The notes under the pieces were generated by a model that saw nothing but the letters and a program-made list of their open reading frames with translations, was not told the DNA's origin and made no database searches. From a virus, in IMG/VR virus record IMGVR_UViG_2639762563_000001, positions 1-39,987 of that record: DNA of 39,987 nucleotides; one strand, 5' to 3'. Positions within the stretch are counted from its first letter, which is position 1; each line of letters begins with the position of its first letter. The translations under genes and the position numbers were made by a program. Below are positions 9,526 to 19,429 of the stretch, in pieces.

Positions 9526-10404
9526 AGTGCCGCCGCCAACGCAGACGCCGGCGTCCCGGAGCAAACGTCGGCCCACGAGCGCTACCTCGAGCGGGCTCGC
9601 GATCGCGACGAACCGGCGCGGATCCGATCGGTTCGACAACAGTACGCCCAACGTCTTCGGGGGCGGTTGGCAGACATCCGCTCGGCGCTCCGAACGGGGA
9701 TCGTCGAGAACGACGTCTTCGGTCTTCAGACCGAGGCACTGGTCGACGCGCCCTCGACGCGACAGTTCGAGTTCACGACCGACCCGCAGAAGGTCGAGGC
9801 CGCGCGACGCTGGCTCGAGAAGCAACTCGAGAATGAGGTCCTCACCGAGTACGGCGGCGAGAACCAGTACATCGAGCGCTCCTACCTCAAAGGCATCGAG
9901 GACGCCCAACGGGAGCTCGGGGCGCTGAACGTCGGCAGTGGTGAGGCGGCCGCTTCCGCATCGATGCGGATGCCGGTCCACCAGGAGCAACTCGAGCAGC
10001 TGTACTCACGGAACCTCGAGGAGCTCCGCGGGATGACCGACGACATCGCAAGGGACGTCCGGCGGGAGCTGGCCGATGGCCTGGCGTCCGGCGACAACCC
10101 GCGGACGATCGCCGGCGACGTCTCGGATATCCTCGGGAAGGTCGACGACGGCACGCCCCGAGCGGCGATGAACCGCGCGACGATGATCTCGCGGACGGAG
10201 TTGATGAATTCCCACAACTGGGCCCGGCTCAAGGAGTGGGAACGCGCCGGCGTCGAGAAGGTGGACGTCATCCTGTCGAACGGTGCGTGTGAGCAGTGCT
10301 GGGCCTACGCCCGTGACGCGCCGTTCGTGGCGTCGGAGGCCTACGGCAACCTACCAATCCATCCGAACTGCCGCTGTGTGCATACGGTCTGGACGGGCGA
10401 CTGA
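9523..10404 (+). CDS. SPP1 gp7/MuF-like head morphogenesis protein
   Basis: RATMISRTE, CEQC and PIHPNCRC motifs. Confidence 0.88.
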   Translation: MSAAANADAGVPEQTSAHERYLERARDRDEPARIRSVRQQYAQRLRGRLADIRSALRTGIVENDVFGLQTEALVDAPSTRQFEFTTDPQKVEAARRWLEKQLENEVLTEYGGENQYIERSYLKGIEDAQRELGALNVGSGEAAASASMRMPVHQEQLEQLYSRNLEELRGMTDDIARDVRRELADGLASGDNPRTIAGDVSDILGKVDDGTPRAAMNRATMISRTELMNSHNWARLKEWERAGVEKVDVILSNGACEQCWAYARDAPFVASEAYGNLPIHPNCRCVHTVWTGD

Positions 10405-10466
10405 TCGACCACCGATGACCCCGTCGGGGCGAGGTCCTCCCGACATGGACTTTTCATGACACCACT

Positions 10467-11753
10467 ATGACCACCTACGAAATCCTGAGCGACGGTATCG
10501 CAGCCGTCGCAGCCGAACCGGCCGACAACCAACTACCGGTCCACGGCGTGCTCTTCGGGCCCGGCGACATCACGCAGGGGCTCACCGGGAAACGGACCCG
10601 CTGGCCGGCAGACATCCTCGAGAAGATGGCCGATGACGGCATCTTCGAAGGGAAGCCGTTCACGCTCGCAGACAGTCTCGACCCCGAGCAGCACGCCGGC
10701 GTCGAGATGACCGAGAGCGGACCAGCGCTGACCGGTGCCGTGTCGATGGACGAGAAGGTCGGCGAGATCACGGCGACGAAGTTTGACGAAGACGCGGGCC
10801 TCCTCTTCGACGGTTTCCTCGCCGACTGGGAAGCCGAGGAGACGGTCGAAAGCGGCCTTGCTCAGATCTCTCCGGTCGTCATCCGCGATGTCGAACTCGT
10901 GGAAGGCGAGGAAGGAGAACCCGATGCCATCTACGAGCCTACTCGCGTCGAGGTGGCTCGAGACGTCGCCCTGGTCGCCGATGGCGCGGTCCCGAGCAAC
11001 GAGATCAACGTCGGGCAGTCGCCGGCTATCGAGCCGGCAGCGGCCGAAGCGCTGTCGGCTCACTACGGCGTCGACGTCGAAGCACTCACTGAAGATTACC
11101 CGGAGGGCGATGACGGCCATACGACACCCTCGGGCCAGACCAACGGGTCTGACTCGAGAGGCCAGAGCACCCCGGCCAACGACGACACGATCATCATGGA
11201 TCTAACTGACAAAGAGCAGGAGCTGGTCGCAGCAGCCCGGCAGAAGGACGACCCGACGGTCGTCGAGGCCGAGGTGCGCGATCGGCTCACCGAACTCGAG
11301 GAACAGGCAGACGAACACGAAGAGCTCATCGAAGAGGCTGCGGACCTCGATGAGCCGGAGGTCATGGACGCCGAAGAGGCGGAAGCGATGCGCGAACGCG
11401 TCGACATCGTCGAGGGCATGATGGCCGAGGCACTCACCGAAGATCTCGGTCTTCGAGAGGCGACCGTCGAGGCGATGAGCTTCGACGCGATGGCGTCGGA
11501 GTTCAAGACCGACGACGGAGATCTCGACGTCGAAGCGCTCACCCAGTCTCCCGAGGCCGGATCGGGCCCGACGGGCGGATCCGGTGGTTCGAGCGGCCCG
11601 ACCGACGAGGACAAGCAACGCATCGAGGAGATCGACACGAAGCTCTCGGCGGTCGGCAACGCGCTGCCCGACGAACGTGTCGAGGCCCTCCGCGACGAAG
11701 CGGCCAGTCTCGCAGGGGCTGACGACTACGACGGTGCGCTGGAGGTGCTCTGA
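10467..11753 (+). CDS. Putative prohead protease/scaffold protein
   Basis: Position before the decoration and capsid genes. Globular N-half plus acidic coiled-coil C-half. Confidence 0.65.
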   Translation: MTTYEILSDGIAAVAAEPADNQLPVHGVLFGPGDITQGLTGKRTRWPADILEKMADDGIFEGKPFTLADSLDPEQHAGVEMTESGPALTGAVSMDEKVGEITATKFDEDAGLLFDGFLADWEAEETVESGLAQISPVVIRDVELVEGEEGEPDAIYEPTRVEVARDVALVADGAVPSNEINVGQSPAIEPAAAEALSAHYGVDVEALTEDYPEGDDGHTTPSGQTNGSDSRGQSTPANDDTIIMDLTDKEQELVAAARQKDDPTVVEAEVRDRLTELEEQADEHEELIEEAADLDEPEVMDAEEAEAMRERVDIVEGMMAEALTEDLGLREATVEAMSFDAMASEFKTDDGDLDVEALTQSPEAGSGPTGGSGGSSGPTDEDKQRIEEIDTKLSAVGNALPDERVEALRDEAASLAGADDYDGALEVL

Positions 11754-11755
11754 TC

Positions 11756-12142
11756 ATGGTGGCAGAACCCGGACAGAACGGCGGCGACAGTACCAGTACC
11801 ATCGGCTACTCCGATGCGAGCGACACCACCGAAGCCGGCGACGCGGTCGGCATCACCGGCGGTGAGATCGAACCCGGCACGGACACCGAGCAACTGCTTG
11901 GTGTTCGCGCTCGAGGTCGAGCGACTGAAAACAGCGGTATCGCACCAGTCCACGTCGGCGGTGTGACTGTCGCATCGGTCGAGGGCACAGTCTCCGGCGG
12001 AGACGATCTCGACCTCGGGACGACCGGCGGTGACGGCGTCCTCGAAACGAGCGCCGGTGGCCCTGCACACGCACTCTCCGATGCTGGCGGCTCCTGGCGC
12101 GGCCAGGACGCCCCGGACGGCTACGCGTGGGTCCTGCTGTAA
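11756..12142 (+). CDS. Putative capsid decoration/cement protein
   Basis: Small Gly-rich beta protein (GDAVGITGG, VHVGGV) immediately before the capsid gene. Confidence 0.6.
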   Translation: MVAEPGQNGGDSTSTIGYSDASDTTEAGDAVGITGGEIEPGTDTEQLLGVRARGRATENSGIAPVHVGGVTVASVEGTVSGGDDLDLGTTGGDGVLETSAGGPAHALSDAGGSWRGQDAPDGYAWVLL

Positions 12143-12168
12143 ACGACGACAACTCATCCTAATCACAT

Positions 12169-13035
12169 ATGGCTCAGAAAGCATCCGACATCATCAGCGA
12201 CGACGACGTTCGCGCGATCGTCGAGAAGATCCGAAACAAGAAGTACCAGAGTCGTACCGCCTTCAAGGACTACGACGCGACCAACAACGATTCGAACTCT
12301 GTCGAGTTCCCGATCTCCGATGGCGACTTCGATGGCGACGTCGCCGAGGTCCCGCCGGGAAGTGACTTCCCGCGAGCGACGAAGGACTACGACACGGTCC
12401 AGGTCGCTCACACGAAATACGGCCTCGAGATCGTCATCCCGGACGAAGACGTCGAGGACAACGTCATCGACATCACGATGGATCAGGAAGAGGACCTGAT
12501 CCGGGCAGAGGAGACCCGTGTTGACGCGATCGCGTACAACATCCTGTCGAACAACACGAACTCGGCCGGCCCGATCGACGCCGGCAACGAGGCAAGCGGC
12601 GTCATCGAGTACGAAGACATCACGCTCGCTCGCCAGCGCGCCTTCCAGGACGAACTGGATCTCGGCGAGCTCCGGCTGCTCACCGGTGGCCAGAACATGA
12701 ACGCCCTGCTGAACATGGACAAGTTCACGCAGGCCAGCGAACTCGGCGACTCCGTCCTCGAGATGGGTATCCTCCCCGAGGGGAACCTCGTCGGCCAGCA
12801 GGCGTTCCTCGGCGTCGCCGGCGACGTGCCGGTCTTCCTCGACAACACCGGCAACTACGCCGAAGGGGAGGCGTACCTCGTCGATCCGACCAACTTCGGC
12901 TGGGAATCGACCCGCCGCGCCGTCGACGTCTCGAGCTACTACGAGGAGAGCATCGAGAGCACCGTCTGGCAGATCGACGAACGGGTCGGCTTCGCCGCAA
13001 CCCAGCCGTCGGCGAACATCGCGATCGACACGTAA
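12169..13035 (+). CDS. Major capsid protein (HK97 fold)
   Basis: 288 aa, position in the head operon, KYGLEIVIPDEDVED and C-terminal ERVGFAATQPSA patterns. Confidence 0.85.
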   Translation: MAQKASDIISDDDVRAIVEKIRNKKYQSRTAFKDYDATNNDSNSVEFPISDGDFDGDVAEVPPGSDFPRATKDYDTVQVAHTKYGLEIVIPDEDVEDNVIDITMDQEEDLIRAEETRVDAIAYNILSNNTNSAGPIDAGNEASGVIEYEDITLARQRAFQDELDLGELRLLTGGQNMNALLNMDKFTQASELGDSVLEMGILPEGNLVGQQAFLGVAGDVPVFLDNTGNYAEGEAYLVDPTNFGWESTRRAVDVSSYYEESIESTVWQIDERVGFAATQPSANIAIDT

Positions 13036-13041
13036 CCAGCC

Positions 13042-13431
13042 ATGCCCTACATCAAACACGAGTCCGGCGAGGCGGGCGAACTCCGCAACTCGCAGATCCT
13101 CGGTGATCGCTCACCGCTCGAGTTCGACGAGGACGGCTACGCCTACGTCGAAGACCCCATCGTCGCCGACAAGCTGCTGGCGATGCACCGGCACATCGAG
13201 CGCGGTGGCCACGGGCCCGGTGGCTCGGACGATATCGACGAACCCGACGACGAGTCGGAGACGCTGCCGTTCAACCCCGAGGAGCACACCAACGACGAGA
13301 TCGCCGAGCGTGTCAAGGACGTCGACGACGCCGCCGCGCTCGAGGCGCTCCGGAATCTCGAGGAAGAACAGAAGGATCGTGACGGCGCGAAAGATGCGAT
13401 CGACGCCCGGATGGACGAACTGGAGGACTAA
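13042..13431 (+). CDS. Hypothetical head-associated protein with small helical C-terminal domain
   Basis: Follows the capsid gene. TNDEIAERV...RDGAKDAIDARM helical motif. Confidence 0.6.
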   Translation: MPYIKHESGEAGELRNSQILGDRSPLEFDEDGYAYVEDPIVADKLLAMHRHIERGGHGPGGSDDIDEPDDESETLPFNPEEHTNDEIAERVKDVDDAAALEALRNLEEEQKDRDGAKDAIDARMDELED

Positions 13432-13434
13432 TCC

Positions 13435-13791
13435 GTGACCGAAGCGACGCCGAGTGACGTGCGCTCACTCATCGACCCGTCGCTGTCTGACGATGACATC
13501 CAGACGTATCTGGATCGCGCCCAGGAGGACAACCAGCGCGTGAACGACGTCGACGCGATGGACCAGACGCAGATCCGCCGCGTCGAGGAACTCCTCGCGT
13601 CGATCAAGATCCTCTCACTCCCGACCTCCGAGCGATCAGCATCGGACAAGCAGGTCGGAAACGCACGGAAGACCTACGAACGAGGCCGCATCGAACAGCT
13701 TCGGGCCGACCTCTCGAAGTGGGATCCCTCGGGCCAACTTGGCAGTAGCGTCGTCTGGGATAGTGATCGAAACGTGACGACAGGGAGCTAA
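13435..13791 (+). CDS. Putative head-tail adaptor
   Basis: 118-aa helical protein (ATPSDVRSLI...) at the canonical neck position. Confidence 0.6.
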   Translation: MTEATPSDVRSLIDPSLSDDDIQTYLDRAQEDNQRVNDVDAMDQTQIRRVEELLASIKILSLPTSERSASDKQVGNARKTYERGRIEQLRADLSKWDPSGQLGSSVVWDSDRNVTTGS

Positions 13792-13793
13792 TC

Positions 13794-14222
13794 ATGATCG
13801 ATGGCTTCGAGAACGAGACGGCGACCTTCTACACGGAAGAGCAAACCGGGACCGATGAGGACCCCTACGGAGAGACCGAACCGGTCTACGAGTGGACGCC
13901 AGCGTACGAAGACGTCTCGGTGAGGGCCGAGCAACAGAGCGCCTCGTATGTCCGTGAGGTCTACGGCGAGTGGCCTCAAGAGGTCTACCGGCTCTACGTG
14001 TCTCCTCGAGCGATTGGCGACGTCGTCGATGAAACCGAGACAGATGCCGATGGCAACGAGATCGTCACGGGCCGCTCCTACGAACTCGGCGTCGCAGCGG
14101 ACGATCGCGTCGAACTCGACAGCGTCGACGGCCAGTTTGCGATGCAGCCGCCGAACCTGCAGCGTCTCGACTCGGAGATCCCCGAGTACGTCCAACTCGA
14201 AGTGACGAAAGTGGAGGTCTGA
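13794..14222 (+). CDS. Putative head closure protein
   Basis: Beta-rich protein between the adaptor and gp10-like genes. Confidence 0.55.
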   Translation: MIDGFENETATFYTEEQTGTDEDPYGETEPVYEWTPAYEDVSVRAEQQSASYVREVYGEWPQEVYRLYVSPRAIGDVVDETETDADGNEIVTGRSYELGVAADDRVELDSVDGQFAMQPPNLQRLDSEIPEYVQLEVTKVEV

Positions 14223-14224
14223 TC

Positions 14225-14611
14225 ATGGATATGCAACTTGACTTCGAGAGCGGCTTCGCTCCCGAAGACGCCCAAGAGGTCTTCGAGAACATGATCGAGG
14301 AAGCTGACGACCAGCTCGTCGAACGCATGGAAGAGGCCGAGCAGAACATCCAGAAAGAGGCCCAGCAGCGCTCACCCGTCGACACGGGGAACCTCCGCGC
14401 CTCCTGGACGGGGCTGACCGAGGCGCGACGCGGCACGATCATGACCGAGGTCGGCAACACCGCGAGCTACGCCGAGTTTGTCGAGCGAGGGACCAGCAAG
14501 ATGAGCGCACAACCGATGCTCCGGCCAGCGATGGATCGTGAACTAATGGCACTGATCCGTGATATCGAGCAGTTGGTCTTCCGCGTCGCCGCACAGGAGG
14601 GCAACGCATGA
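14225..14611 (+). CDS. HK97 gp10-like tail completion/neck protein
   Basis: SPVDTGNLRAS, VGNTASYAEFVERGT and AQPMLRPA motifs. Confidence 0.88.
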   Translation: MDMQLDFESGFAPEDAQEVFENMIEEADDQLVERMEEAEQNIQKEAQQRSPVDTGNLRASWTGLTEARRGTIMTEVGNTASYAEFVERGTSKMSAQPMLRPAMDRELMALIRDIEQLVFRVAAQEGNA

Positions 14612-14736
14612 CCGAGGTATCGAAGATCACGGTCCCGGCCGAGATTAAACAGGTCTGGACTTGGCCATCGCTCGGCCGCGCACTTGCCGTCGTGGCGATC
14701 AACGGAACTGAACATCTCATGGAGTTTGATATATGA
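14608..14736 (+). CDS. 42-aa microprotein (not in ORF track)
   Basis: MTEVSKITVPAEIKQVWTWPSLGRALAVVAINGTEHLMEFDI. ATGA overlaps with both neighbours. Confidence 0.65.
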   Translation: MTEVSKITVPAEIKQVWTWPSLGRALAVVAINGTEHLMEFDI

Positions 14737-15164
14737 CCTACGGGATGCACGACGCCCTCAGAGACACGATAGTCGACCTTCGAGCTCATGACGATCTCGT
14801 TGCTCTCCTCGAGGACCCGACCGCGATCGACGAGGGTTGGCCGAAGGACGTCCAGGACCATCCGGTCGTCGTTCGCGTCCAGCCGATTACCGAGGCCTCG
14901 AACTCCCAGCGCGAGTTCTCGACGATCCAGCGCCAGTTCCGCCTGCAGGTGAGCGTCGTCATGACGGATACGTGGCGCTCCGAACAGAGCGCGCCGACCT
15001 ACCGCATGGCCGAGATCATGGCGACGGTCGCCGACCGCCTGGACATCGCCGTCGACGCGCCGGAACTGTTGCCCGAGGGAACCGACTCGAGCAGCTGGTC
15101 GGAGGTCACTGGCGACCGCCTCGCACTGATGCAGGACTGGCTGACAACGACCTACACGCGATGA
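14733..15164 (+). CDS. Putative tail terminator protein
   Basis: 143 aa after the gp10-like gene. PVVVRVQP...FRLQVSV pattern. Confidence 0.65.
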   Translation: MTYGMHDALRDTIVDLRAHDDLVALLEDPTAIDEGWPKDVQDHPVVVRVQPITEASNSQREFSTIQRQFRLQVSVVMTDTWRSEQSAPTYRMAEIMATVADRLDIAVDAPELLPEGTDSSSWSEVTGDRLALMQDWLTTTYTR

Positions 15165-15168
15165 CACA

Positions 15169-15312
15169 ATGCCGATAGGAACAATCACTCGCGGTCCAAC
15201 CGCGCACGTCGACGCACAGCTCACCAACGCCCAGCCCGATGCGGCGTTTGGTCGAGACGACACTGGCCGGGTTGCCGGCCGGCTCACGACCTACAACCCC
15301 GGAGAACGATGA
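15169..15312 (+). CDS. 47-aa microprotein (not in ORF track)
   Basis: MPIGTITRGPTAHVDAQLTNAQPDAAFGRDDTGRVAGRLTTYNPGER. Stop overlaps ATG 15309. Confidence 0.55.
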   Translation: MPIGTITRGPTAHVDAQLTNAQPDAAFGRDDTGRVAGRLTTYNPGER

Positions 15313-15623
15313 CAATCAAATCAGCATACGTTGGGGAGGACGTCCCGATCGAGATCGCGTACAGTGACTCGAACGGGGCGGTCGACCCGGACGATCAAGA
15401 CACAGACGAGAATCCAGACGCCGACATCACGATCACCGCCAACAGTGACAGTACCGAGGTGATCTCCGCGCAGTCGATGACGCACAACGACGTCGGAGCG
15501 TTCGAATACGTCTGGGATACTGATGCCGACGCGAACGGGTCCGGCACCTACGTCATCGAGATCACCGCCGAGTTCGATGGCGAAACGAAGATCAACAAAT
15601 CGCAGATCACACTGAAGGAGTAA
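15309..15623 (+). CDS. Small Ig-like beta-sandwich protein (tail-associated)
   Basis: GAFEYVWDT...GTYVIEITAEF alternating beta strands. Confidence 0.55.
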   Translation: MTIKSAYVGEDVPIEIAYSDSNGAVDPDDQDTDENPDADITITANSDSTEVISAQSMTHNDVGAFEYVWDTDADANGSGTYVIEITAEFDGETKINKSQITLKE

Positions 15624-15627
15624 TTCC

Positions 15628-16149
15628 ATGGCAGACATCACTAACGACCTCGAGGTCGAGGGCAGCATCGTATCGGTCATCCACGTCGACGAGAGTGGGG
15701 CTGAACCAGTCCGGACCGTTCTGGGACTGTGCACTAAAGACGATCTGTCGGTCACCGTCGACGAATCGAACGAAGATTTCAACCCTGGCTCGCAGCGGCG
15801 CACCCGACGCTTCCGGACGAACAACACGATCGACGTCGAAGTCGCGTCCGCCGTCGCGCCCGATCTCGAAGCGCTCGAACTGATCGGCGTCGCCGACTCC
15901 GACGGGAAGATCACGTTCGACAGCTCGGACCGGCAGACTGGCGATAACGAGTATCTCGAGATCGCGTACTTCGCAGACGAACCGGACTTCGGCTCGGTCG
16001 ACATCCCGGCCGACTCCGAGCTCCTGCATCGCTTCGCCGACTGCGAGGTCACGTCGCCGGAGATCGACCCGTCCGCAACGCCGCCGACGGCGTCCTGGAC
16101 GTTCTGGGTTGAGGGAGATGCCTGGATCAGCTACTCGCCGGGTGCCTAA
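15628..16149 (+). CDS. Major tail tube protein
   Basis: 173-aa beta-rich protein two genes upstream of the tape measure gene. Confidence 0.75.
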   Translation: MADITNDLEVEGSIVSVIHVDESGAEPVRTVLGLCTKDDLSVTVDESNEDFNPGSQRRTRRFRTNNTIDVEVASAVAPDLEALELIGVADSDGKITFDSSDRQTGDNEYLEIAYFADEPDFGSVDIPADSELLHRFADCEVTSPEIDPSATPPTASWTFWVEGDAWISYSPGA

Positions 16150-16159
16150 CCACTGACCT

Positions 16160-16642
16160 ATGTCTGTAGCCAACGCTGACTCCGCGAACTCGGCACTCGA
16201 TTCGATGCAGGAACAGCAGCGGGAAGAGCAGCGTGAGACGGCCGAACTCTACGGCAAGGCCCAGGAACTCTTCGACGCTCGCTCTCGGGATTCGTTCACT
16301 GTCGACCGCCACGGCGTCGAAATCGAGTTCCTGTATCCTGACCCCGAGACTCAACAGGAGTTCGAGGACCGACAGCAGACTGTCCTCGAAAAGGCCCAGG
16401 GCGACGCCAGTCTCTTCGACCTCCTCGAGGAAGCCCAGGTCGGTATCGAGCAGATGGAGGAGACACTGTCCAACCACGCCGTCGACCCGTCGTTCCAGAA
16501 GCCGGCGGTCTGGCGGGAGACGATCGGCTTCACCGAGGAGGAAATCGGAGATCTCTACAAAGATTTTTTGGCGCTTGGCGAGGGCGAGACGCAGTCGCAG
16601 CAGCTCGAGATGTTGGACGGTCTCCTGTCGGACGATTCCTAG
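16160..16642 (+). CDS. Tail assembly chaperone (lambda gpG analogue)
   Basis: Position between tail tube and tape measure genes. Contains a slippery heptamer. Confidence 0.8.
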   Translation: MSVANADSANSALDSMQEQQREEQRETAELYGKAQELFDARSRDSFTVDRHGVEIEFLYPDPETQQEFEDRQQTVLEKAQGDASLFDLLEEAQVGIEQMEETLSNHAVDPSFQKPAVWRETIGFTEEEIGDLYKDFLALGEGETQSQQLEMLDGLLSDDS

Positions 16643-16779
16643 AGTGGCTCAACCAGGAGCAGCACTACCGGCCCGACGAGTTCTTCGCGATGAGCGAGGC
16701 GGAGAAGATGTTCTGGATGACTCGGTACGAAGAGCGTCAGAGAAGGCGTGAGGAGCTTGACAACCAACTCCAGATGTGA
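16160..16779 (+). CDS. Predicted -1 frameshift-extended chaperone (gpGT analogue)
   Basis: T TTT TTG at 16564-16570. The -1 frame stays open to TGA 16777-16779 (FGAWRGRDAVAAARDVGRSPVGRFLEWLNQEQHYRPDEFFAMSEAEKMFWMTRYEERQRRREELDNQLQM). Confidence 0.8.
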
Positions 16780-16837
16780 CACCTTCCTTCGACTCTCCCT
16801 CAACCGCCCTTTTGATAGTCGATAAAAACCGATAGTT

Positions 16838-18913
16838 ATGCCAACAATATCAACACTAACAGCGGTTCTCGAACTCGACAAGAGTGACTTCGAGTCGAAA
16901 CTCGATACCGCTCAGAGAGATCTCGACGGATTCGGCAGCCGGGCTCAACGCACTGGGGATCGGCTCGCCTCCGCCGGCCAGTCGCTAACGATGGGCGTTA
17001 CTGCGCCGTTGGCTGCAATGGGGGCGCTCTCGGCCCGAACGGCGGCGAATTTCGATCAGGCTATGCAGCAGTCGATCGCCGTGATGGGAGACGTCGATGC
17101 ATCGATGCGGGAAAACCTCGAGGAACGAGCTCGAGAGGTTGCGAATACGACGACCCACAGCGCCGATCAGGCAGCGCAGAGTTACTACTATCTGGCGTCT
17201 GCTGGGCTCGACGCTGCACAGTCCATGGAAGCGATGCCGGAGGTCGCTGCCTTTGCTGAGGCCGGCAACCTGAAAATGGCGGAGGCGACCGACGTCGCGA
17301 CGAACGTGATGTCGGCGTTCGGGTACGAGGCCAGCGAGATGAACGAAGTGACGGACACGCTCACCGCCACCGTCTCGAACCACAACCAGACGATGCAGGG
17401 GATGTCGTCGGCAATGTCGAACGTCGCGCCGATCGCCTCGTCACTCGGCATCTCGATCGAGGAGACGTCCGCTGCGATCGGGCAGATGGGGGACGTCGGT
17501 ATCCAGGGCCAACGTGCTGGGACAGCACTCCGGAACGTCCTCTCCCAGATCTCCGACGAGACATCGCCAGTGACGAAGCGACTGGAGGATATGGGCGTTG
17601 CAACCCGTGACTCCGAGGGAGACATCCTCTCGCTGACGCAGATCCTCGAGAACATGGAGCAGGCCGGCGTCGAAGCCGGCGACGCGGCTACGATCTTCGG
17701 GACCGAAGCCGGCCCGGCGATGGCCGCGCTCATCTCGGAGGGGAGCAGCGCCCTCGAGGAGAACACTCAGAAACTCGAGGACGCAGACGGGGCGACCCGT
17801 GAGATGGCCACAACTCAGCGAGAGACGCTCAACGCGGAGTTGCAAATCGCGAAGTCAAATCTCCTGGATGTCGGTATCGCTATTGGGTCTATCTTGATCC
17901 CGATGCTGACTACGCTAACAGGCTATGCAACGGTAGCTGCTAAGAAGTTCCAGGGATTAAATAAAGGGCAACAAAGAGCGATAGTTGTCGTCGGCGCGTT
18001 AGTGGCTGTGCTCGGGCCACTGTTGATCCTGTTTGGGACGCTCCTGACCATGTTGCCCGCGATGGCAACTGGGGCATCGATGGCGGCCGGGGCGTTCGCG
18101 TCGTTATGGTCTGCCCTATTAGGCCCGATTGCACCCATCATCGCTGCAGTCATCGGGTTAGCAGCGGCATGGCAGACCAACTTCATGGATATCCAGGGCC
18201 AGACGGAGAACGGCGTCAACACTGTGCTCGACCTTCTGAACTGGATGGTTGATCAGATCAACAAAATCCTCCCTAACAGATGGGAGATTGATTTCGAAGC
18301 TGAGGATGTCGATTTCACAACCGAAAATGGGTCTAGTTCGAGGGGAGCGCAGGATAAGGACGATTACCTCCCAGATGACATGTCGGACTCGGGTCTCGAG
18401 GGAGGAACTGACGGTCTCACGAGCGGACAAAACGGACAAGACCCTCTCCAAAATACGGAAGCGGGTGCTGGCCAGAACCCTGAGGATGCCCTTCAGGAGT
18501 CCGAAAATCTTGAAGGAGCGGATGCCGAGAAGATCGAATCGATCTATGCCAAACTGGAGGACAACCAGGGCGGCGAGGGGGCCACCGAGACAGACACTGC
18601 CTCGTTGCAAGAGCAGTTGGATGCATCGAGTGAATCGACGGATTCGGATATCGATTCGATGCTCGAGGACTTCGAGTCGCGATCGAGATCGTCTGGACAA
18701 TCTGGTCAACAGGATCTCAGCCGTGTTGTTAATCGACTCGACCAGCTCCTCGAGGCGATCCGTGCGCTCGGCGGGCCCCAAGAAATCTCGGGGACGCTTG
18801 ATCTGAACGGTTGGGAAGCCGAGGTCCGCGGCGTCGTCCAGGATGAGAACGAAAAGATCGCGTCTCAAGCAGATGTCCGTGGCGCTCGAGGATCCCGAGG
18901 TGGGCGACAGTGA
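16838..18913 (+). CDS. Tape measure protein (TP901-like core)
   Basis: AQSYYYLASAG, EAGNLKMAEATD and GIQGQRAGTALRN motifs, a hydrophobic segment, 691 aa. Confidence 0.92.
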   Translation: MPTISTLTAVLELDKSDFESKLDTAQRDLDGFGSRAQRTGDRLASAGQSLTMGVTAPLAAMGALSARTAANFDQAMQQSIAVMGDVDASMRENLEERAREVANTTTHSADQAAQSYYYLASAGLDAAQSMEAMPEVAAFAEAGNLKMAEATDVATNVMSAFGYEASEMNEVTDTLTATVSNHNQTMQGMSSAMSNVAPIASSLGISIEETSAAIGQMGDVGIQGQRAGTALRNVLSQISDETSPVTKRLEDMGVATRDSEGDILSLTQILENMEQAGVEAGDAATIFGTEAGPAMAALISEGSSALEENTQKLEDADGATREMATTQRETLNAELQIAKSNLLDVGIAIGSILIPMLTTLTGYATVAAKKFQGLNKGQQRAIVVVGALVAVLGPLLILFGTLLTMLPAMATGASMAAGAFASLWSALLGPIAPIIAAVIGLAAAWQTNFMDIQGQTENGVNTVLDLLNWMVDQINKILPNRWEIDFEAEDVDFTTENGSSSRGAQDKDDYLPDDMSDSGLEGGTDGLTSGQNGQDPLQNTEAGAGQNPEDALQESENLEGADAEKIESIYAKLEDNQGGEGATETDTASLQEQLDASSESTDSDIDSMLEDFESRSRSSGQSGQQDLSRVVNRLDQLLEAIRALGGPQEISGTLDLNGWEAEVRGVVQDENEKIASQADVRGARGSRGGRQ

Positions 18914-19425
18914 ACTGGCGCGTCGCAGGCTATGCCGTCGAGGCGGTCGTCGATCAGCCCGTCCCGACGCTCACTCGAGGCTCCGAGATCACGCTGAAGT
19001 TGCTGTTCGACAATAACCTCACGGAGACGAACCTCGCGTTCGGGCGGGGAGCATACGGCCAATTCTCCTACAATCAGGGCGGCCTCGGCGGAGTCGAGAA
19101 TTCGTATCTGGCGCTCAGAAAATACGGCTGGTTCGCTCCGAATTCGCAGACGACAGGGACGACCGACGCGGGAGTCCCGTGGTTTTCGGAGCGTGTCCCA
19201 TCCGATGCGTACTTCGACACGCTTGTCATCTCGGTTGAACCGATCGACGTCGTCGACCATACCGGCTTTTGGGCACTCGTCACGGACGTGACCGATCAGT
19301 CGAGGGTCGCCGGCGCTGAGTCGACAGCGCGACGGCTGGACTTCAATCTGTTTGTCCTCTCGAATCTTCGCGAGTACGACACCGTCGACGACGTGAAAGC
19401 CGACCTCGAGAACACACCAATTTAG
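18910..19425 (+). CDS. Putative distal tail protein
   Basis: First gene after the tape measure gene, GTGA overlap. Confidence 0.5.
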   Translation: MNWRVAGYAVEAVVDQPVPTLTRGSEITLKLLFDNNLTETNLAFGRGAYGQFSYNQGGLGGVENSYLALRKYGWFAPNSQTTGTTDAGVPWFSERVPSDAYFDTLVISVEPIDVVDHTGFWALVTDVTDQSRVAGAESTARRLDFNLFVLSNLREYDTVDDVKADLENTPI

Positions 19426-19429
19426 ACCA

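Noticed and set aside
6201-9739. Long minus-strand ORFs opposite terL, portal and gp7 (e.g. 6201-7265, 8735-9739) and similar ones elsewhere
   Set aside because: Antisense shadows of GC-rich genes, with Arg/Ser/Pro-rich or motif-free translations.
10405-10466. Hairpin GTCGGG...CCCGAC upstream of the protease/scaffold gene
   Set aside because: Short GC-rich pairing with competing folds, not distinguishable from chance without homologues.
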